Shown piece after piece: positions 1-22,798 of a stretch of 64,000 bases of DNA. The DNA lies in NCBI GenBank assembly GCA_965112735.1, contig OZ218958.1, positions 1,612,001 to 1,676,000 of the forward strand, written 5' to 3'. The number at the start of each line of letters is the position of its first letter. Positions within the stretch are counted from its first letter, which is position 1. The translations under genes were made by a program, and so were the position numbers. The stretch is from Phaeosaccion multiseriatum (taxonomy: Eukaryota; Protista; Ochrophyta, other classes). The notes below the pieces were generated by a model, which searched no databases, was not told the DNA's origin, and saw only the letters and a list, made by a program, of their open reading frames with translations.

Positions 1-399
1 AGGGGGGGGGGAGGGGAGGGGAGGGGAAGGGAGGGGAAGGGGGAGGGAGAGAGGGGAGGGGTGAGAACGGAGGGGAGGGCAGAGGAAGGGAGAGGGAGGG
101 GAAGGGCAGGGAAGGGAGAGGAGGGGCACGGCGTGTTCAATGTGCTTCTATAATATATCGCTGCGTGCCTATCGCAGTGACTAGTGGCAGCATTATCCTC
201 CCTCTTTTTCTCTCTCTCCTCCCCCTACCTGTCCTTTCCTATGCTGTCCTGTCCATCTGTGTGCACTCACACTTCTTTTTTCTCCTATGCCCACCTCCCT
301 TCCAAGTCTCTAACTGCAACAATCCCTTTCTCTGTCCCCCCCCCTCCCCCCCTCCCCCCCCCTCTCTCTCTCTCTGTCCCTCTCTCTCTCCTACTACAG

Positions 400-549
400 C
401 ACAACCTCAACTACAGCCAAGACCACTCCGTAGCCGATGGGCTTGACTACATCGCCACTTGGAACGGCGCCGCTCTGCAGACGGAGGACATTCAACGCAG
501 CGTCACGGGCTTTTTAACCAAGAAGACCCCGCTCTTCTCCAAGCTCTGA
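400..549 (+). CDS. ECH1: Last exon of delta(3,5)-delta(2,4)-dienoyl-CoA isomerase (crotonase family), peroxisomal; upstream exons lie outside the window
   Basis: Polypyrimidine tract and ctacag acceptor ending at 399. Exon reads HNLNYSQDHSVADGLDYIATWNGAALQTEDI...PLFSKL*, matching the ECH1 C-terminus (NYSRDHSVxxGLxYxATWN) with a PTS1 SKL. Confidence 0.85.
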   Translation, partial: HNLNYSQDHSVADGLDYIATWNGAALQTEDIQRSVTGFLTKKTPLFSKL

Positions 550-1585
550 GCGTGCGAGCGTGCGAGCGTGTGTGCGTGTGTGCGTGTGTGCGTGCGTGCG
601 TGCGTGCGTGGAGACTAAGGACTGACCGCGGAGCATGAGGCACCAGGGTGACCCCGCTCTTTTCCAAGCCGTGTGCGAGCGTGCGTGTGTGCGTGCGTGT
701 TTGCGTGCATGCTTTCACTCGCTTGGAAGAGACGGGAGACGGGACCCCTCCGCCCGCCTACTACGGCCTCGCCGCACATGCGTATGTATATTCATGTCTT
801 CATGCCTTCCTGCCCGCCCCCTCTCGAGCACTTGTGGGTTGACAGTTACGTGTTGAGTTTCACGAACTGAAACCGCTGGATGGGCCATAAGGATCCGCCG
901 GCGGATGACCCATCCATACCTTCAGAGCCTCAGTAGTATGGAAGACCGGGGTAGGAAGAGCAAGAGCAAGAACAACAGGACCTCTGCCGGCAGGGGGGCA
1001 GCGGACGGACGAGGTTCCCGAGGCGTGAGGTTCAGTTGAGGCGGACTCTCTTTGGAGGTACAGCACTTGGTGGTACAGCAGAAACAACAGCAGGGGGGAA
1101 TGCGAAGGTGCGAACCGCCCCTCGGCGAGCACACAGCTGGTGTATGATAGAGAGTGGACATACGTCAAGGAGGAGTAGTGTGTAGGATGACAGTAGGGGA
1201 AAACTCAACAGGAATAGGGTATAGGATGTAGGCAAGTTCAAGGTCGAGGAGGAGGGGATTGAGCTGCTGAAAGGAGGCCGCCTGAGGGAAGTCTCTGTTG
1301 ACTCGGGTGGCGCGTTCATTAACGGAGCGTTAATTCATGAAACTGAAACTTCCATGCATATCCACCCGAGAGCAAGATCCGAGCAAGGCCCATAATGTCG
1401 GGTCGGAAACCCTCGACCCGTTAGGTCAAAGATCGGTCAAATCAATCAGAGGATAGAAAGGGCTCGGCTGTGCTGAAGGACAGAGGGTTTGTAGAGCTGG
1501 AAAAAACACGCGGAAGCCACAGACAGAGGAGTAGAGCGCGAGGACGCTGACATTATCAAAGGGACACTGATTGCGCACTACAATC

Positions 1586-4500
1586 ATGGCGTCCGAAGGT
1601 GAGGCCTGATGTGTGCGAGTTATCGATATCCTCGTAGGCAGTAGAAAAGAGAGGATCCCCGTGCCTTGGAGCCATACTCTCGCTTAAGAGGTTGTTCCAT
1701 TACATCCCTGCCGTCGCCCTCCTCTCCCCCCTAAACGAGATGCATGCCCGCTCATCTTGACCATTCCCACCCACGGCTATCCTCGTGTGCATATCGGTGG
1801 GCTGCACTGTCGTCATCTGGCGACAGGCAAGGAAGAGTTCCAGGGATGTCATGGGGAGAAGGGTGTGGAAGGAGAGGAGAACGTCGCCCCCATGCGCCTC
1901 ATGGCTCTGTTTCTCAAGGCCGTCACTGAAGGCAGGATGAGCGAAGCGCTGGGATTGGCCACCACAGGTGCGGAGGCTTTAGTGGAAGTGGGATAAGGGA
2001 AACGCGAGTTTCGAGTGGGTGGGCACCACGCTTTGTCGCTGTGCTCTTGCTGAGAGTGTCGTGCTTCTCTTGCTGTCTGTGCCCACATAGAGGCATGGAA
2101 TTATGCGATATTGCGACCGTGGAGACCGCACCTTGCGCTGAGTGACGCTTGTCTTTTTCTTTGGTGTGTTTGTTACCGTCTGTCTCCTAGGGAGGAAGCT
2201 CACTTGCCTCTCTTCACGCCCCCCTTCCTTTTCTGATCAACCTCCTCGTCCTCCGACACCACCAAAACACCATCTTGCCTTGCTCCTCCCTCCCCTCGTT
2301 TGCCTCACTTGCAGTCCTCCAATACGAGCCCCACAACCCCATGCTGCTCGACTACAAAAAGACGCTGTCCCAGTACATTGCCAATGAGAGGGAGCTGGCA
2401 GGGGCCAATGGAGAAGGCAATGACAAGGGTCAGGAGGAGGAGGAGGAGGGGAAAGAGGGGGATGATGACAACGACAGCAGTAGTAGTAGTACTAGTAGCA
2501 GCAGTAGTGACAGCGAAGAGGATGCAGTCAGCGTGGATAACTCTGGCGACGGCTATCAAGAGGAGCAAGACAAGGAACAGGTGCGTCGTGGAGGGGGGAG
2601 GGGGGAAGGTTTTGTACAAGTTTTTTTTTTGTGGATCCCTTCGCCATAGCTGACATTCTTCCTGTCCCTCTCTCTCTCATTCCCTTAATCCCTCTCTCTC
2701 CCCAACCCCATTCCATCGCTGTCTCTCTCCTCCCTTCCCCTTACTTTCTATCTCCCTCTCTCTACTTACTAACCAGCTTCCGCCTCATGTTTGCGTGTCT
2801 CGCTGTCCCTCCCTCCCCCCCTCTCTCTCTCCCGCCCCTCCTCTGTCACTCCATACCTTCTCCCCCTCCCCGGCGCTGTAGTCCCCTCTGCACGCACGCA
2901 CACACACAAAGCACGAGAGCACGAGTGTATGCCGGCCGCCTGCCGCTGCGGAGGAGAAGGAGGAGGCCTATCTGGCGGACAGGCTCCACGACCTCCGAAT
3001 GCAGGTGAGTGCAGTTGGGCAGGGGGGGGGGGATACCTTGAGACCCAACTCGGTGCACTTGACTCCGGTATTGCTCACTCCGAGTGGGGCCAACGCATGG
3101 TGTGGCGTACCGCAGCAGTCAAGCCTTGAGCAATCGAGGATCGACTGTCGCTCGGTTTATACGAAACAGCCCCACCTGAAGTCGAGCTGCCTCTCTCTCT
3201 GTGTGTGTATATGTGTGCATGCGTGTGTGTGTGTGTGTGTGCGTGTGTGTCTCCCAATCCCTCTCCTTCTCTCTTCCTTCGATGTCTGACGTGTCCAGCA
3301 TATCTCACTGAGCGAGATCTCCCCCCACTCCTGCCCCAACAATAGGTGCGAAAGCGGGAGGAGGGACACGCGGCGGCGTGGGACACGCACAAATTCGCCC
3401 CCAGCAACGGGTGAGTGGTCTCAGGGATCGGCCTTGGCTGACCGACTGACCGACTGACCGACTGATCGACTGACCGACGGACCGTCTGACTGACTGACTG
3501 ACTGACTGACTGACTGGCCGACTGGCCGACTGGCCGACTGACCGACGGACCGACTGATTGACCGGCTGACTGACTGACTGACTGACTGACTGACTGACCG
3601 ACTGACTGACTGACTGACTGACTGACCGACTGACTGACTGACTGACCGAGTGACTGACTGACTGACTGACTGACTGACTGACTGACTGACTGACTGACTG
3701 ACTGACTGACTGACTGACTGACTGACTGACTGACTGACTGACTGACTGACTGACTCCCTGACTGACTGACTGACCGACTGACTGACTGACTGACTGACTG
3801 ACTGACTGACTGACTGACCAACTGACTGACTGACTGACTGACTGACCGACTGACCAACTGACCGACTGACCGACTGACCGACTGACTGACTGACTGACTG
3901 ACTGACTGACCGACTGACCGACTGACCGACTGACCGACGACCGACTGACCGACTGACCGACTGACCGACTGACTGACTGACCGACTGACCGACTGACCGA
4001 CTGACTGACTCACTGACTGACTGACTGACTGACTGACTGACTGACTGACTGACTGACTGACTGACTGACTGACTGACTGACTGACTGACTGACTGACTGA
4101 CTGACTGACTGACTGACTGACTGACTGACTGACTGACCGTCTGACTGACTGACTGACTGACTGACTGACTGACTGACCGACTGACTGACTGACTGACTGA
4201 CTGACTGACTGACTGACTGACTGACTGACTGACTGACCGACTGACCGAAAGACTGACTAACTGACTGACTGACTGACTGACTGACTGACTGACTGACTGA
4301 CTGACTGACTGACTGACTGACTGACTGACTGACTGACTGACCGACTGCCTGACTGACCTACTGACTGACCGACTGACCGAAAGACTGACTAACTGACTGA
4401 CTGACTGACTGACTGACTGACTGACTGACTGACTGACTGACTGACTGACTGACTGACTGACTGACCGACTGCCTGACTGACCTACTGACTGACCGACTGA

Positions 4501-4821
4501 CTGGCTGACCGACTGACTGACTGACTGACCGACTGACTGACTGACTGACTGACTGATTGACATACCGACTGACTGACCGACTCATTTACTGACCGACTGA
4601 CCGATTGACTGATCGACGGACCGACTCACTGATTCTAATCAATACCCTCTCCCCCACCTTCTGCCTCTTCTCTCTTCGTTCCACCTCCCGCTCTCTCGCT
4701 CGCTCGCTCTTTCCCCCCTCTCTCTTCCCCACTCTTTATTGGAACTTTCAGCGAATTAGAGGCAACAATCGCTGCGGCAACCCCTTCTTCTGCAGGAGGG
4801 ACTGAAGCAGCCCCCAAATGA
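1586..4821 (+). CDS. ERICH2: Glutamate-rich protein 2-like; 6 predicted exons (1586-1598, 1827-1967, 2315-2580, 2912-3004, 3346-3410, 4752-4821)
   Basis: Phase-consistent GT-AG splicing gives APMRLMALFLKAVTEGRMSEALGLATTVLQYEPHNP followed by an acidic tract. This resembles the ERICH2 core (APLELMxEFL...ILIYEPEN). The last three exons rest on splice phase only. Confidence 0.6.
3437..4620. repeat. ~1.2-kb (GACT)n/(GACC) tetranucleotide microsatellite in an intron
   Basis: Directly visible; generates the SQSV/TD junk ORFs. Confidence 0.97.
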
Positions 4822-4834
4822 ACGATTACTTTTA

Positions 4835-5540
4835 CACAACCCCGGGTGCCCCGCGGGAGGGGGCGGCGTGTGCCTCGTCGAGGGCTCCCTCGAGATGGTC
4901 CTGAATGGCGAGACCATCACCACCCCTGGGGAGTACATGCTCGAGAACGGCGACTCGGTCAGGGCTTTCAAATAACGTTGGATCCTGCCAGGCCAAGCGA
5001 CATGTCCACATGACCACATGATGCACCGCCTGAAGGCCGAGGAGGAGCAGCTCCGTGCGACAGTCCAGCTTCGTGCTCGTCGGCTCAGCGAGGAAGACTT
5101 GGCAACCACCGCCGACCTCCATGCTCTAAATGTTCTGGAGGCTCGTCTCCACACAATGAAGGACCGCGAAGCGTGCTCGGCCTGGATCGCCGAGAAGCGC
5201 ACTATCCGTGACCTGTTCGACTCGCCCGGCAGCTGGGCGTCCGTCTATATCACCACGGCCACCTACGCGTTCCAGCTCGATTATCGTCAGGAGGTAGAGT
5301 GGATGCCGTGATGATGCCGTGATGATGCCGTGATGATGATGATGCTGTCCCCCCAACGACGAAGGCGTGGAGGAGTGGAGCGGGGTGCTCGACGAGACGC
5401 AGACCCTGCCTCAAGCTCGACCCCGCCACTGGCCAGGCGGTCAAGGGGCGTGACGTCATCCTGAAGTGTGTGCGCGACGAGGATTACTTACATTGTGGAC
5501 GGTGGACGGGCCTTGGGGGACGGCCTTCCCCGGCGCGACG
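4835..5540 (+). pseudogene. Decayed intronless fragment of a protein gene, possibly a Root_cap/VWD-like algal extracellular family
   Basis: Coding-like frame (CPAGGGGVCLVEGSLEMVLNGETITTPGEY...DLFDSPGSWASVYITT...GVLDETQT...EDY.VDGPWGTAF). It is broken by in-frame TAA 4973-4975, a GATGATGCCGT repeat near 5302-5345, and small duplications. Family recalled from motif similarity only. Confidence 0.5.
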
Positions 5541-5589
5541 CTCTTGAGTAGAGAAGCCTTGGAGTGGAAAGAAAGGTGTGGGGTGCGAG

Positions 5590-5823
5590 GGGAGGAGGGG
5601 GTTGTTTTCTCGATTCGTAGTTGTCGCAGGGTTGGGGAGTGCTCGGCGAGATCTGGTTAAGCAGAGAGTGGTGGGTGCTCCCAATTGAGCGGGGGGGGGG
5701 GGGAGGGGGGTGTTTTCGGTTCAGACTATCGTAGCAGCAGGTTGGAATTGCTCGCGAGGACTGGTGAAGCAGAGTAATAGGTGCTCCCAATTGAGGGGGG
5801 GGGAGGGGAGTGCTTTCGGTTCG
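5590..5823. repeat. Degenerate ~105-bp tandem repeat (2-3 units)
   Basis: gtgctcccaattgag-G-run-tg(c/t)tttcggttc occurs at ~5675 and ~5781, with a similar partial unit at ~5590. Confidence 0.6.
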
Positions 5824-6380
5824 AGGTGCAGTGCTTTGCAGGCGTTTGCAGTTCTCCTTCCTCCTTCTCCTCCTTTACTCGAACCCTTCTAGCGAAGGAG
5901 CAGAGGGGCCAGGCGTCGCCGGGCAATACATGCGGCCCGCTGGTGCGTGATATAAGTAGCGCATAGACTTATAAGCAAGCAAGTGGTATCTTGGATTCGT
6001 CGGCCCGCCATGGATGTGCTCGCGTGCTCGCTCGGAGTGGTCCTTCATCCCTTCTGCTCTCAGCCATACGAGAGGGTCAAGAGGGGAAGGGTCGACCCCT
6101 AACGCGCTATCCGCTATCCGCTATCGGGGGGGGGGCGATAGCGTGCTATCGAGAATGGGGGTGATACAACGTAGCTGTAGCGCGTCAGCAGGGGTCGAGA
6201 AGGGGTGGAGGAGAAAATAAAAGTAACGGAGATGGCACTCAATGGGATACTTTATTGGCCTCTCCCCTTCCCCTTTCTCTCCCCTTCTCTGTTCTTCCTG
6301 TCTGCTCCCTATCCCTTTTCTTGCCACCCAATTCTAACTTCGCTCTCGCTCTCTCTCTCTCTTCTGTCCCAAGGGGTAGA

Positions 6381-7705
6381 ATGGCAGGAGGTGGCAAGAA
6401 AAGGGGAAGGGAGCATGGGGGCAAGGGGGGTGGAGGGAATGGCGGCAAGCGCAGCTTCCATGGCAACAAGAGCTTTGCCTCTCTGGTGTGTGAGCAGCAC
6501 TCGAACAAGCAGATGGTAATATGCACGTGTGAGCAGAACAAAGAGAGGGACGCGACTAAGGACCTCATCCTGCTGCTCACGGAGTACGCCGACAAGCTCT
6601 GTCCTCTCGATGAAGAGGAGGAGAAGGAGGATAGTAACGTCAACGGGGGTAGCGAGGATAGGAGGGCGTTGTCGATAGAGGAGCAGATCCGGAAGGAGGT
6701 GCAGGAGCTCAAGGCCGGAGCTGGACAGGTGAGTGGGCCGAAGGAAGTTGAGGCCGGGAATGGATGGAACATGATCCACACCACATGTGTTGCTGGGGAG
6801 CGGACTAGCTCTCTCAAGTTTGCCGAGACGATCGACGATTGACCGAGGGTCTCCGATCAGCGGTCCCTGAGAATTAACCCTCCTTTCCTGTCTGCGATCC
6901 CTTCCCTCCCTCACTCGCGCAGGCGAGTCGGTTTATTGGAATCCACACGGATACCAACGCGGTGGTGTGCGTGGTGGCCAGGAGAGAGGAGGAGGACATG
7001 GTCCGTTTAATCAGGGCAATACTGGCTGACGTTCGAACAGAGAGCAAGTTTCAAAGCCGATACATCATTCGGATATGGCCGCTGGCGAAGCTCTGTTTCG
7101 GAGCCGTGACAGAGAAGCTCCTGGAAGTAGCCAAACCTTTAATTGAAGAGGCCTTCTCCGCCGGGCAGGTGGACCACAGCGGGGCTGCGGATGCCTCCTC
7201 CCCTGCGGCGTCGGGCGATCCAGCAGCAGCATCAGCTGGTGATACACCAGCAGCTGCGGCGTCTGCTGAGGAGGTGGAGAACGGGGAGGGGGTGAAGGAG
7301 GAGGAGAAGGGAGGAGGAGGAGGAGGAGGAGGAGGACATGATAGGACGACAACGGAAACAACCGTTGACGGCAGTAGCGAATGCAGTAAAGGCCCTAGCC
7401 CAAGCCAAGAGAAAGGGGCGACTGCAGGTTTCCGCTACAAGGTAGAGATGAGGAAGCGTTACACTGACAAGCTCCAAAAGGCCGCTGCCATCGACGGGCT
7501 TGTGGCGTGCATCCCCAACATAAGCTTACATAAGGTGGACCTGAAGAACCCTCAGCTCACCATCCTTGTGGAGGCGGTGAAGGGGGTGGCCGGGGTGAGC
7601 GTGGTGCCTGATTTTATGGAGACAGAGGGGTATAACTTACGTAAGATGCAAGACAAGTACGCGGGGGGCGGGATGGGGCATGATACAGATGGCGACGATG
7701 GATGA
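6381..7705 (+). CDS. THUMPD1: THUMP-domain tRNA acetylation adaptor (Tan1/THUMPD1); exons 6381-6728 and 6923-7705
   Basis: TCEQNKERDATKDLILLLTEYADKL, LSIEEQIRKEVQELK, SRYIIRIWPL, HKVDLKNPQLTILVEAVKGVAGVSVV and YNL are typical THUMPD1 motifs. Phase-0 GT-AG intron. Confidence 0.88.
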
Positions 7706-8056
7706 TGGATGAGGAGGAGGACGTGTAAGGGGGTTAGGGTGGTGGAGGAGGAGGAGGAGGAGGAGAGAGAGAGGGGGCGGGGGAGAGAGGGAGAGAAGCG
7801 GAGTGAGAGAGAGAGAGAGAAAGACAGAGACAAGAGAGAGGAAGGGAGAGAGAGAAAGAAAGACGTGATGGACCGAGGTATGCACATTGACTGCCGTCTA
7901 CTGTCATCCTCCTCGGGTTACTTCCCGTTGCGCGTTACCACCCACCCACCCACCCACCCACCCACCCCCCTTTACAGAGGGGAGGGAGGGAAGCTGCGTA
8001 CTAGTTGAGAATATGAAGTATCGTAATAATATTTAGTTAGTTAAAGTCTACGCTCC

Positions 8057-17536
<9,480 letters not shown>

Positions 17537-17924
17537 CCTGTGAGCGAGGAGAAATAGAGAATTACATTTTCATTCCTCAGCTGCGACGCGAGATGGCTCT
17601 GGTGCTACACGGGCACAGAAGGAGAAGAATCGGATGCTTCAATGGTTGTGTGCAATACTTGAGCAGTTCTTTGAGCTCCCACAGGAGGATTGGTTATTAT
17701 ATGCCGTCGAAGTGTCCGTCGAGTAACGTACTCCGTCAGCTGCCATCCATTCTTGGCACGTGAAACTCCAATTGGATGGCAGCTGACGAGAAATTCCCCT
17801 CCCTTTTTTCCTTTGCTTGCTTTGTTTGCTGCGCGTTGCTCCTCCTCGGAGGCCAGGAATCAATCACATCCGGCAGGCAGATCGATCGAAGAGAGACAGA
17901 CAGAAGCAAGGAGGGAAAAGTACC
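17537..17924. promoter_or_regulatory. Putative bidirectional promoter between the kinesin and PRP6 genes
   Basis: Divergent start codons 388 bp apart with microsatellite-free sequence between. The same layout occurs at 34930-35243 and 56101-56716. Confidence 0.45.
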
Positions 17925-18402
17925 ATGTCGGGCATGAGAGGAGTGCAAGGTCGCGGCGGCCATGGAGCGCCGCGACCAGGAGTCGGTGTCCGGCGGCCAG
18001 ACAGCTACGAGGGTCGAGCCCCCTCCAACTATGTGGCGGGACTGGGAAGAGGAGCAGCGGGATTCACCACCCGCTCAGACATTGGGCCAGCCAGGACGCC
18101 GGCACCAGGAGGAGCGCCCGCTGACCCGGACTTTGGCGAGGCGCCCAAAGGATACGTCGCGGGTCGGGGGCGGGGCATGGGAGAGCTCGCAAACTCACAA
18201 GGGAGCGGGGGCGGGGGCAAGCCGCCGGAGAAGAAGGAAGCAGACTACAGTGAGACCAACTACGACAAATTTGGCGGGTACTCGGAGAGGCTGTTTGGGG
18301 ACACGCCTTACGACCATGATGATGAAGAGGCGGACCGTATCTATGAGGCCGTTGACGAGCATATGGACCACAAGCGGAAGAGACTCAGAGAGGTGAGTGA
18401 TG

Positions 18403-18444
<42 letters not shown>

Positions 18445-19129
18445 GGGGAGAGAGAGGGAGAGAGAGAGAGGGAGAGGGAGAGGGAGAGAGAGAGGGAGAG
18501 AGAGAGAGAGACGGAGAGAGAGATAGGGAGAGAGAGAGAGAGAGAGGGAGAGAGAGAGAGAGAGACGGAGAGAGAGAAGATGGGAGGCTGGGCACTGTTG
18601 ATGGGCAAGTGGTCTGGTTGGGGATGAAAGGGAGAGAGGCACATAGTGTGGAGGATGGGCACGGATGACGGGCGAATGGTCTGGTTTGGAGTGCAAGCGA
18701 ACGAGCACGCAATGAGGCACGCCGTGTGTCGTCGATCAATCCCCCCTCCCTCCCTGGGGTTGCGCCGCGGGTCTCCCTCTCTCTCCGTCTCCCTCTCTAC
18801 GCGTCTCTCTCTCTCTTTCCGTCTCCCTCTCTGTCTCCTGCTCCCCCCCCCCCCCTCCCTCTCCCACAAACTCTCTATCCTTGTCTCGCGATGTCCCCCT
18901 GCAACTGCCATCACTCAATGTAACTGCCATCACTCAGTGTAACTGCCATCACTCAGTGTAACTGCCGTCACTGAATGTGCTTTGCCCGGGAAGGCAATTC
19001 GCCCGAGACAAGTATCTGTCCAATCCCCCGACCCGACCCGACCTGAACATCTTGTTTGCTGCCCGTGCTTGCCACCACGTGCTTGTTACCCTGTGCCTTC
19101 GTGTGTGTGTTGTGTGTGCTGTGTGTGTG

Positions 19130-19173
<44 letters not shown>

Positions 19174-22100
19174 GTGTGTGTGTGTGTGCATGTGCGTGTG
19201 CGTGTGCCTCTTGTCGAAACAGGTGCGGGAAGCGAAGGAGACGAAGAAGCTCCGAGAGGACCGCCCCAAGATTAGCGATCAGTTCGCTGACTTAAAGAGC
19301 AAGCTGGGGGGCGTGTCGCAGCAGGAGTGGGAGGCTATACCAGATGTGGGGGACTATAGCCTGAAGCACAAGCAGAAGAAGAGGCAGGACCACTTCACAC
19401 CGATGCCCGACCAACTCGTGTTGGACAGCAGAGCGACCAGAGGGGTGAGTGGAGAGAGGGAGGGAGGGAGCGGAGGGGATGAGGGTGTGGTGAGGAGGAA
19501 GGGAGGGAGGGGGGGATGGAGGGACGGACGGACGGACGGACGGAGGGAGGGAGGGAGTGGGTGGGTGGGTGAGCGAGTATGTGTGCCAATCACGACACAT
19601 GCAGAAAGAGAGGAGCAGAGAAGTGCCCTGGGTAGAAGGTGTGTATTCCTCCCCGCCGCCGTGCCATGTTCCGACCCTCCCAACCTACCTGTCTGACCGC
19701 TACTGCTCCTCCCTCTCCTCCCTCTCCCCCCTCCCTCCCTCCCTCCCTCCCTCCCTCCCTCCCTCCCTCCCTCCCTCCCTCCCTCCCTCCCTCCCTCCCT
19801 CCCCTCCCTCTTCCCCCTCCCTCCTTCCCGTCCCTCCCTCCCTCCCCTCCCTCCTTCCCGTCCCTCCCTCCCTCCCTCCCTCCCTCCCCTCCCTCCCCTC
19901 CCTCCCCTCCCTCTTCCCCTTCTCTCCCTCCCCTCCCTCCCCTCCCTCTTCCCCTTCTCTCCCTCCCCTCCCTCCCCTCCCTCTTCCCCTTCCCTCCCTC
20001 CCTCCCTCCCCTCCCTCCCCTCCCTCTTCCCCCTCCCTGCCTCCCTCCCTCCCCTCCCTCCCCTCCCTCTTCCCCTCCCTCCCTCCCTCCCTCCCTCCCT
20101 CTCTCCCCCTCCCTGCGCTCCCTCTCCCCCTTCCCTCCCTCCCCTCCCTCCTCCCTGTCCCTCCCTCCCTCCCTCCCTCTCTCAGGAAAACCAAGGTACA
20201 CTGCACGCCATCGACCCGACCTCCGGCGCAGCGTCTGTGTGGGGTAGAGCAACATCCACGCTCGGAGCCCTGGGGGGCGCGGGAGGGAGGGAGTCTGTGG
20301 GTGGGGCGAGCAGCACTATGGGAGGGGGGGGCATGAGCTCCATCTCAGGAGGGTTGGCAGAAGCGCGAGGGACTGTGTTGTCGATGAAGCTCGACAAGAT
20401 GAGCGACAGCGTTGATGTGAGTCCTACCCTACTAGGAGTCTTGTCCATTCGTTTGTCTGTTTGTGTTGTGGTGTGAGGATGTGAGGATGTGAGGTAGAGT
20501 GTGGAGGAGGGTCAGGTGGAGGATGAGGAGGCAGGGGTCAGGTGGAGGATGAGGAGGCAGGGGTCAGGTGGAGGATGAGGAGGCAGGGGCAAGGGGTGGT
20601 GGAGCGGGGGGGGGGGTGGAAGGAAGAAGGGAGGTAGAACGAAAGGAAGAAAGATAAGGAGGGAGGGAGGGAGGGAGGAAGGAAGGGAGGGCGAAAGGGA
20701 ATGAAGGAAGAAGGGAAGGAAGGAAGGCAGGAAGGAAGAAGCCTCAAGTCCGTACCTCCCTCCAACCTAACCCCTACTATGCCACCGTCCCCACTCTCCC
20801 CCCACCACCACCACCACCGCCATCCACTGCCATCTACTGCCATTCCCCCCCCCCACCTCCTCCCCCCACCATCCTTTGCCATCCCCCCAGGGCCAAACCG
20901 TGGTGGACCCTAAGGGATACCTCACCGATCTCAACTCTATGAAGATCAGCAGCGATGCGGAGGTGGGTGACATTGAGAAGGCAAGGCTGCTGCTCAAGAG
21001 CGTTACCTCCACCAACCCCAAACACGGTAAGGAGAGAGGGAGGGAGAGAGGGAGGGAGAGAGGGAGGGGAGGGAGGGGAGGGAGGGGAGGGGAGGGAGGG
21101 AGAGAGGGGGGGAGGAAGAGAGGAGGGGAGGGGATGGAGGGACGCAGGGAGGGAAGCAGGGAGGAAAAGAAAGGGAGGGGGGAAGAGAGGAAATCGGATA
21201 GTCCGTCAGTCAGTCAGTCAGTCAGTCAGTCACGCGCTGTCGAGTGCTGCCGAAGCAGACGTTTGTCTCACGCACTCGTATCCCACTGACCCTCCTCCTG
21301 ACCCTCCTCCTCCTCCTCCTCCTCCTCCTCCTCCTCCTCCTCCTCCCTCTCATCCTCCTCTTTTCCCCCACTGCTTGCCCTGCTGTATCACCATCTGCTG
21401 TGCCACCAACGCCTGTTAGGGCCTGGCTGGATCGCCGCTGCGCGAGTGGAAGAGTACGCGGGCAAGACGGTGGCGGCGAGGAAGGTGCGGGCAGTTGGTG
21501 ATTCGGCAGAGAGGGGGACTTCTACAGGCACTCTTTTTTGGCTTGCCTGTTCCTCATCGTGATCGCTCCTCCTCCTCCTCCTCCTCCTCCTCCTCCTCCT
21601 CCTCCTCCTCCTCCTCCTCCACAGATCATGAAGCAAGGCTGCGAGGCATGCCCCGACAGTGAAGACGTGTGGTTGGAGGCAGCCCGTCTGCAGAGCTCCG
21701 AGAACGCCAAGGCCGTGCTGGCGAGTGCGGTCCGGCAGCTGCCCAACAGCGTCAAGATTTGGCTGCAAGCGGCGGAGCTTGAGAATGACGTCGCCAAGAA
21801 AAAGGTTCTGTGGGGGTGGGGCAGTGGATTCAAGGCATATGGGAGAGGTGTATGGTAGGGGCATATGGGGGAGAATACGTCTTGCTGCGGCTGTATCACC
21901 ACCTTGCTGCTGCCGTATCAACAACTGCTGTATCACAACTCAACCTGTACCACGAACTGCTGTATCGCCAACAGGTGGTGCTGCGGCGTGCCCTGGAGTT
22001 CATCCCCTCGTCGGTGAAGATCTGGAAGACGGCCATCGAGATCGAGGGGCCGGAGGACGCTCGCATCATGCTCGGGAGGGCCGTGGAGTGCGTGCCGCAT

Positions 22101-22758
22101 AGGTGTGTAGGGTGGTGTGTGTATGTGTAATCCTTGGTGCTTCTCTTAGCCTGCCGTACCTCAGCTCCGTGTTCCCTCATCCACTGCCATCCCTCCTTCC
22201 CCCATCCACTGCCATCCCTCCCTCCAGTGTGGACATGTGGCTGGCACTGGCCAGGCTAGAGACGTACGAGAGCGCCAGGAAAGTCCTCAATCAGGTAGGT
22301 AGGAGGAGGGAGAAGATGACATGAGCTGACAGGAGGGCATAGGAGGGGAGGGGAGAGGAGGGGAGAGGAGAGGAGAGGAGAGAGAAAGGAGTGGAGGAGA
22401 GGTATGAGAGGAGAGGAGAGGAGAGTAGAGACGAGAGGGAGTGGACGAAAGGGGTTGACAAAAGGGGACAGAAGTGGAGGGTAGAGCAGCAGGGCACCCA
22501 CAAACAAGTCCTGATCGAAGTCCTGATGGTCGTGACGTTTGTGGTGTTGCTCGCCTTATCCTGGTGCACGAGCGAGAGCGAAGATGCTATCACATCATGT
22601 CATGTCACGCGTTTGATGGCTTTGCCAGCGGCTGACCGACACTCCGGCCCGACTGCAGCCAACCCCCCCCCCCCCCCTCTCCTCTCTCCTCCCTCCCCTC
22701 CTTCCCACGCTCACGCACACTGACACTCACTCACACGCACAAACGCAAACACACATTC

Positions 22759-22798
<40 letters not shown>

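Noticed and set aside
860-1319. Minus-strand short ORFs between ECH1 and ERICH2-like
   Set aside because: No recognisable motifs and no convincing splice model.
1339-1350. gaaactgaaact shared with the eIF4E/DPP intergenic region (~56548) as a promoter motif
   Set aside because: Only two occurrences of a short internally repetitive word; insufficient support.
3075-4585. Long SQSV-repeat ORFs, and similar PYPTL, poly-E/L/P and CVCV ORFs elsewhere
   Set aside because: They are translations of intronic microsatellites.
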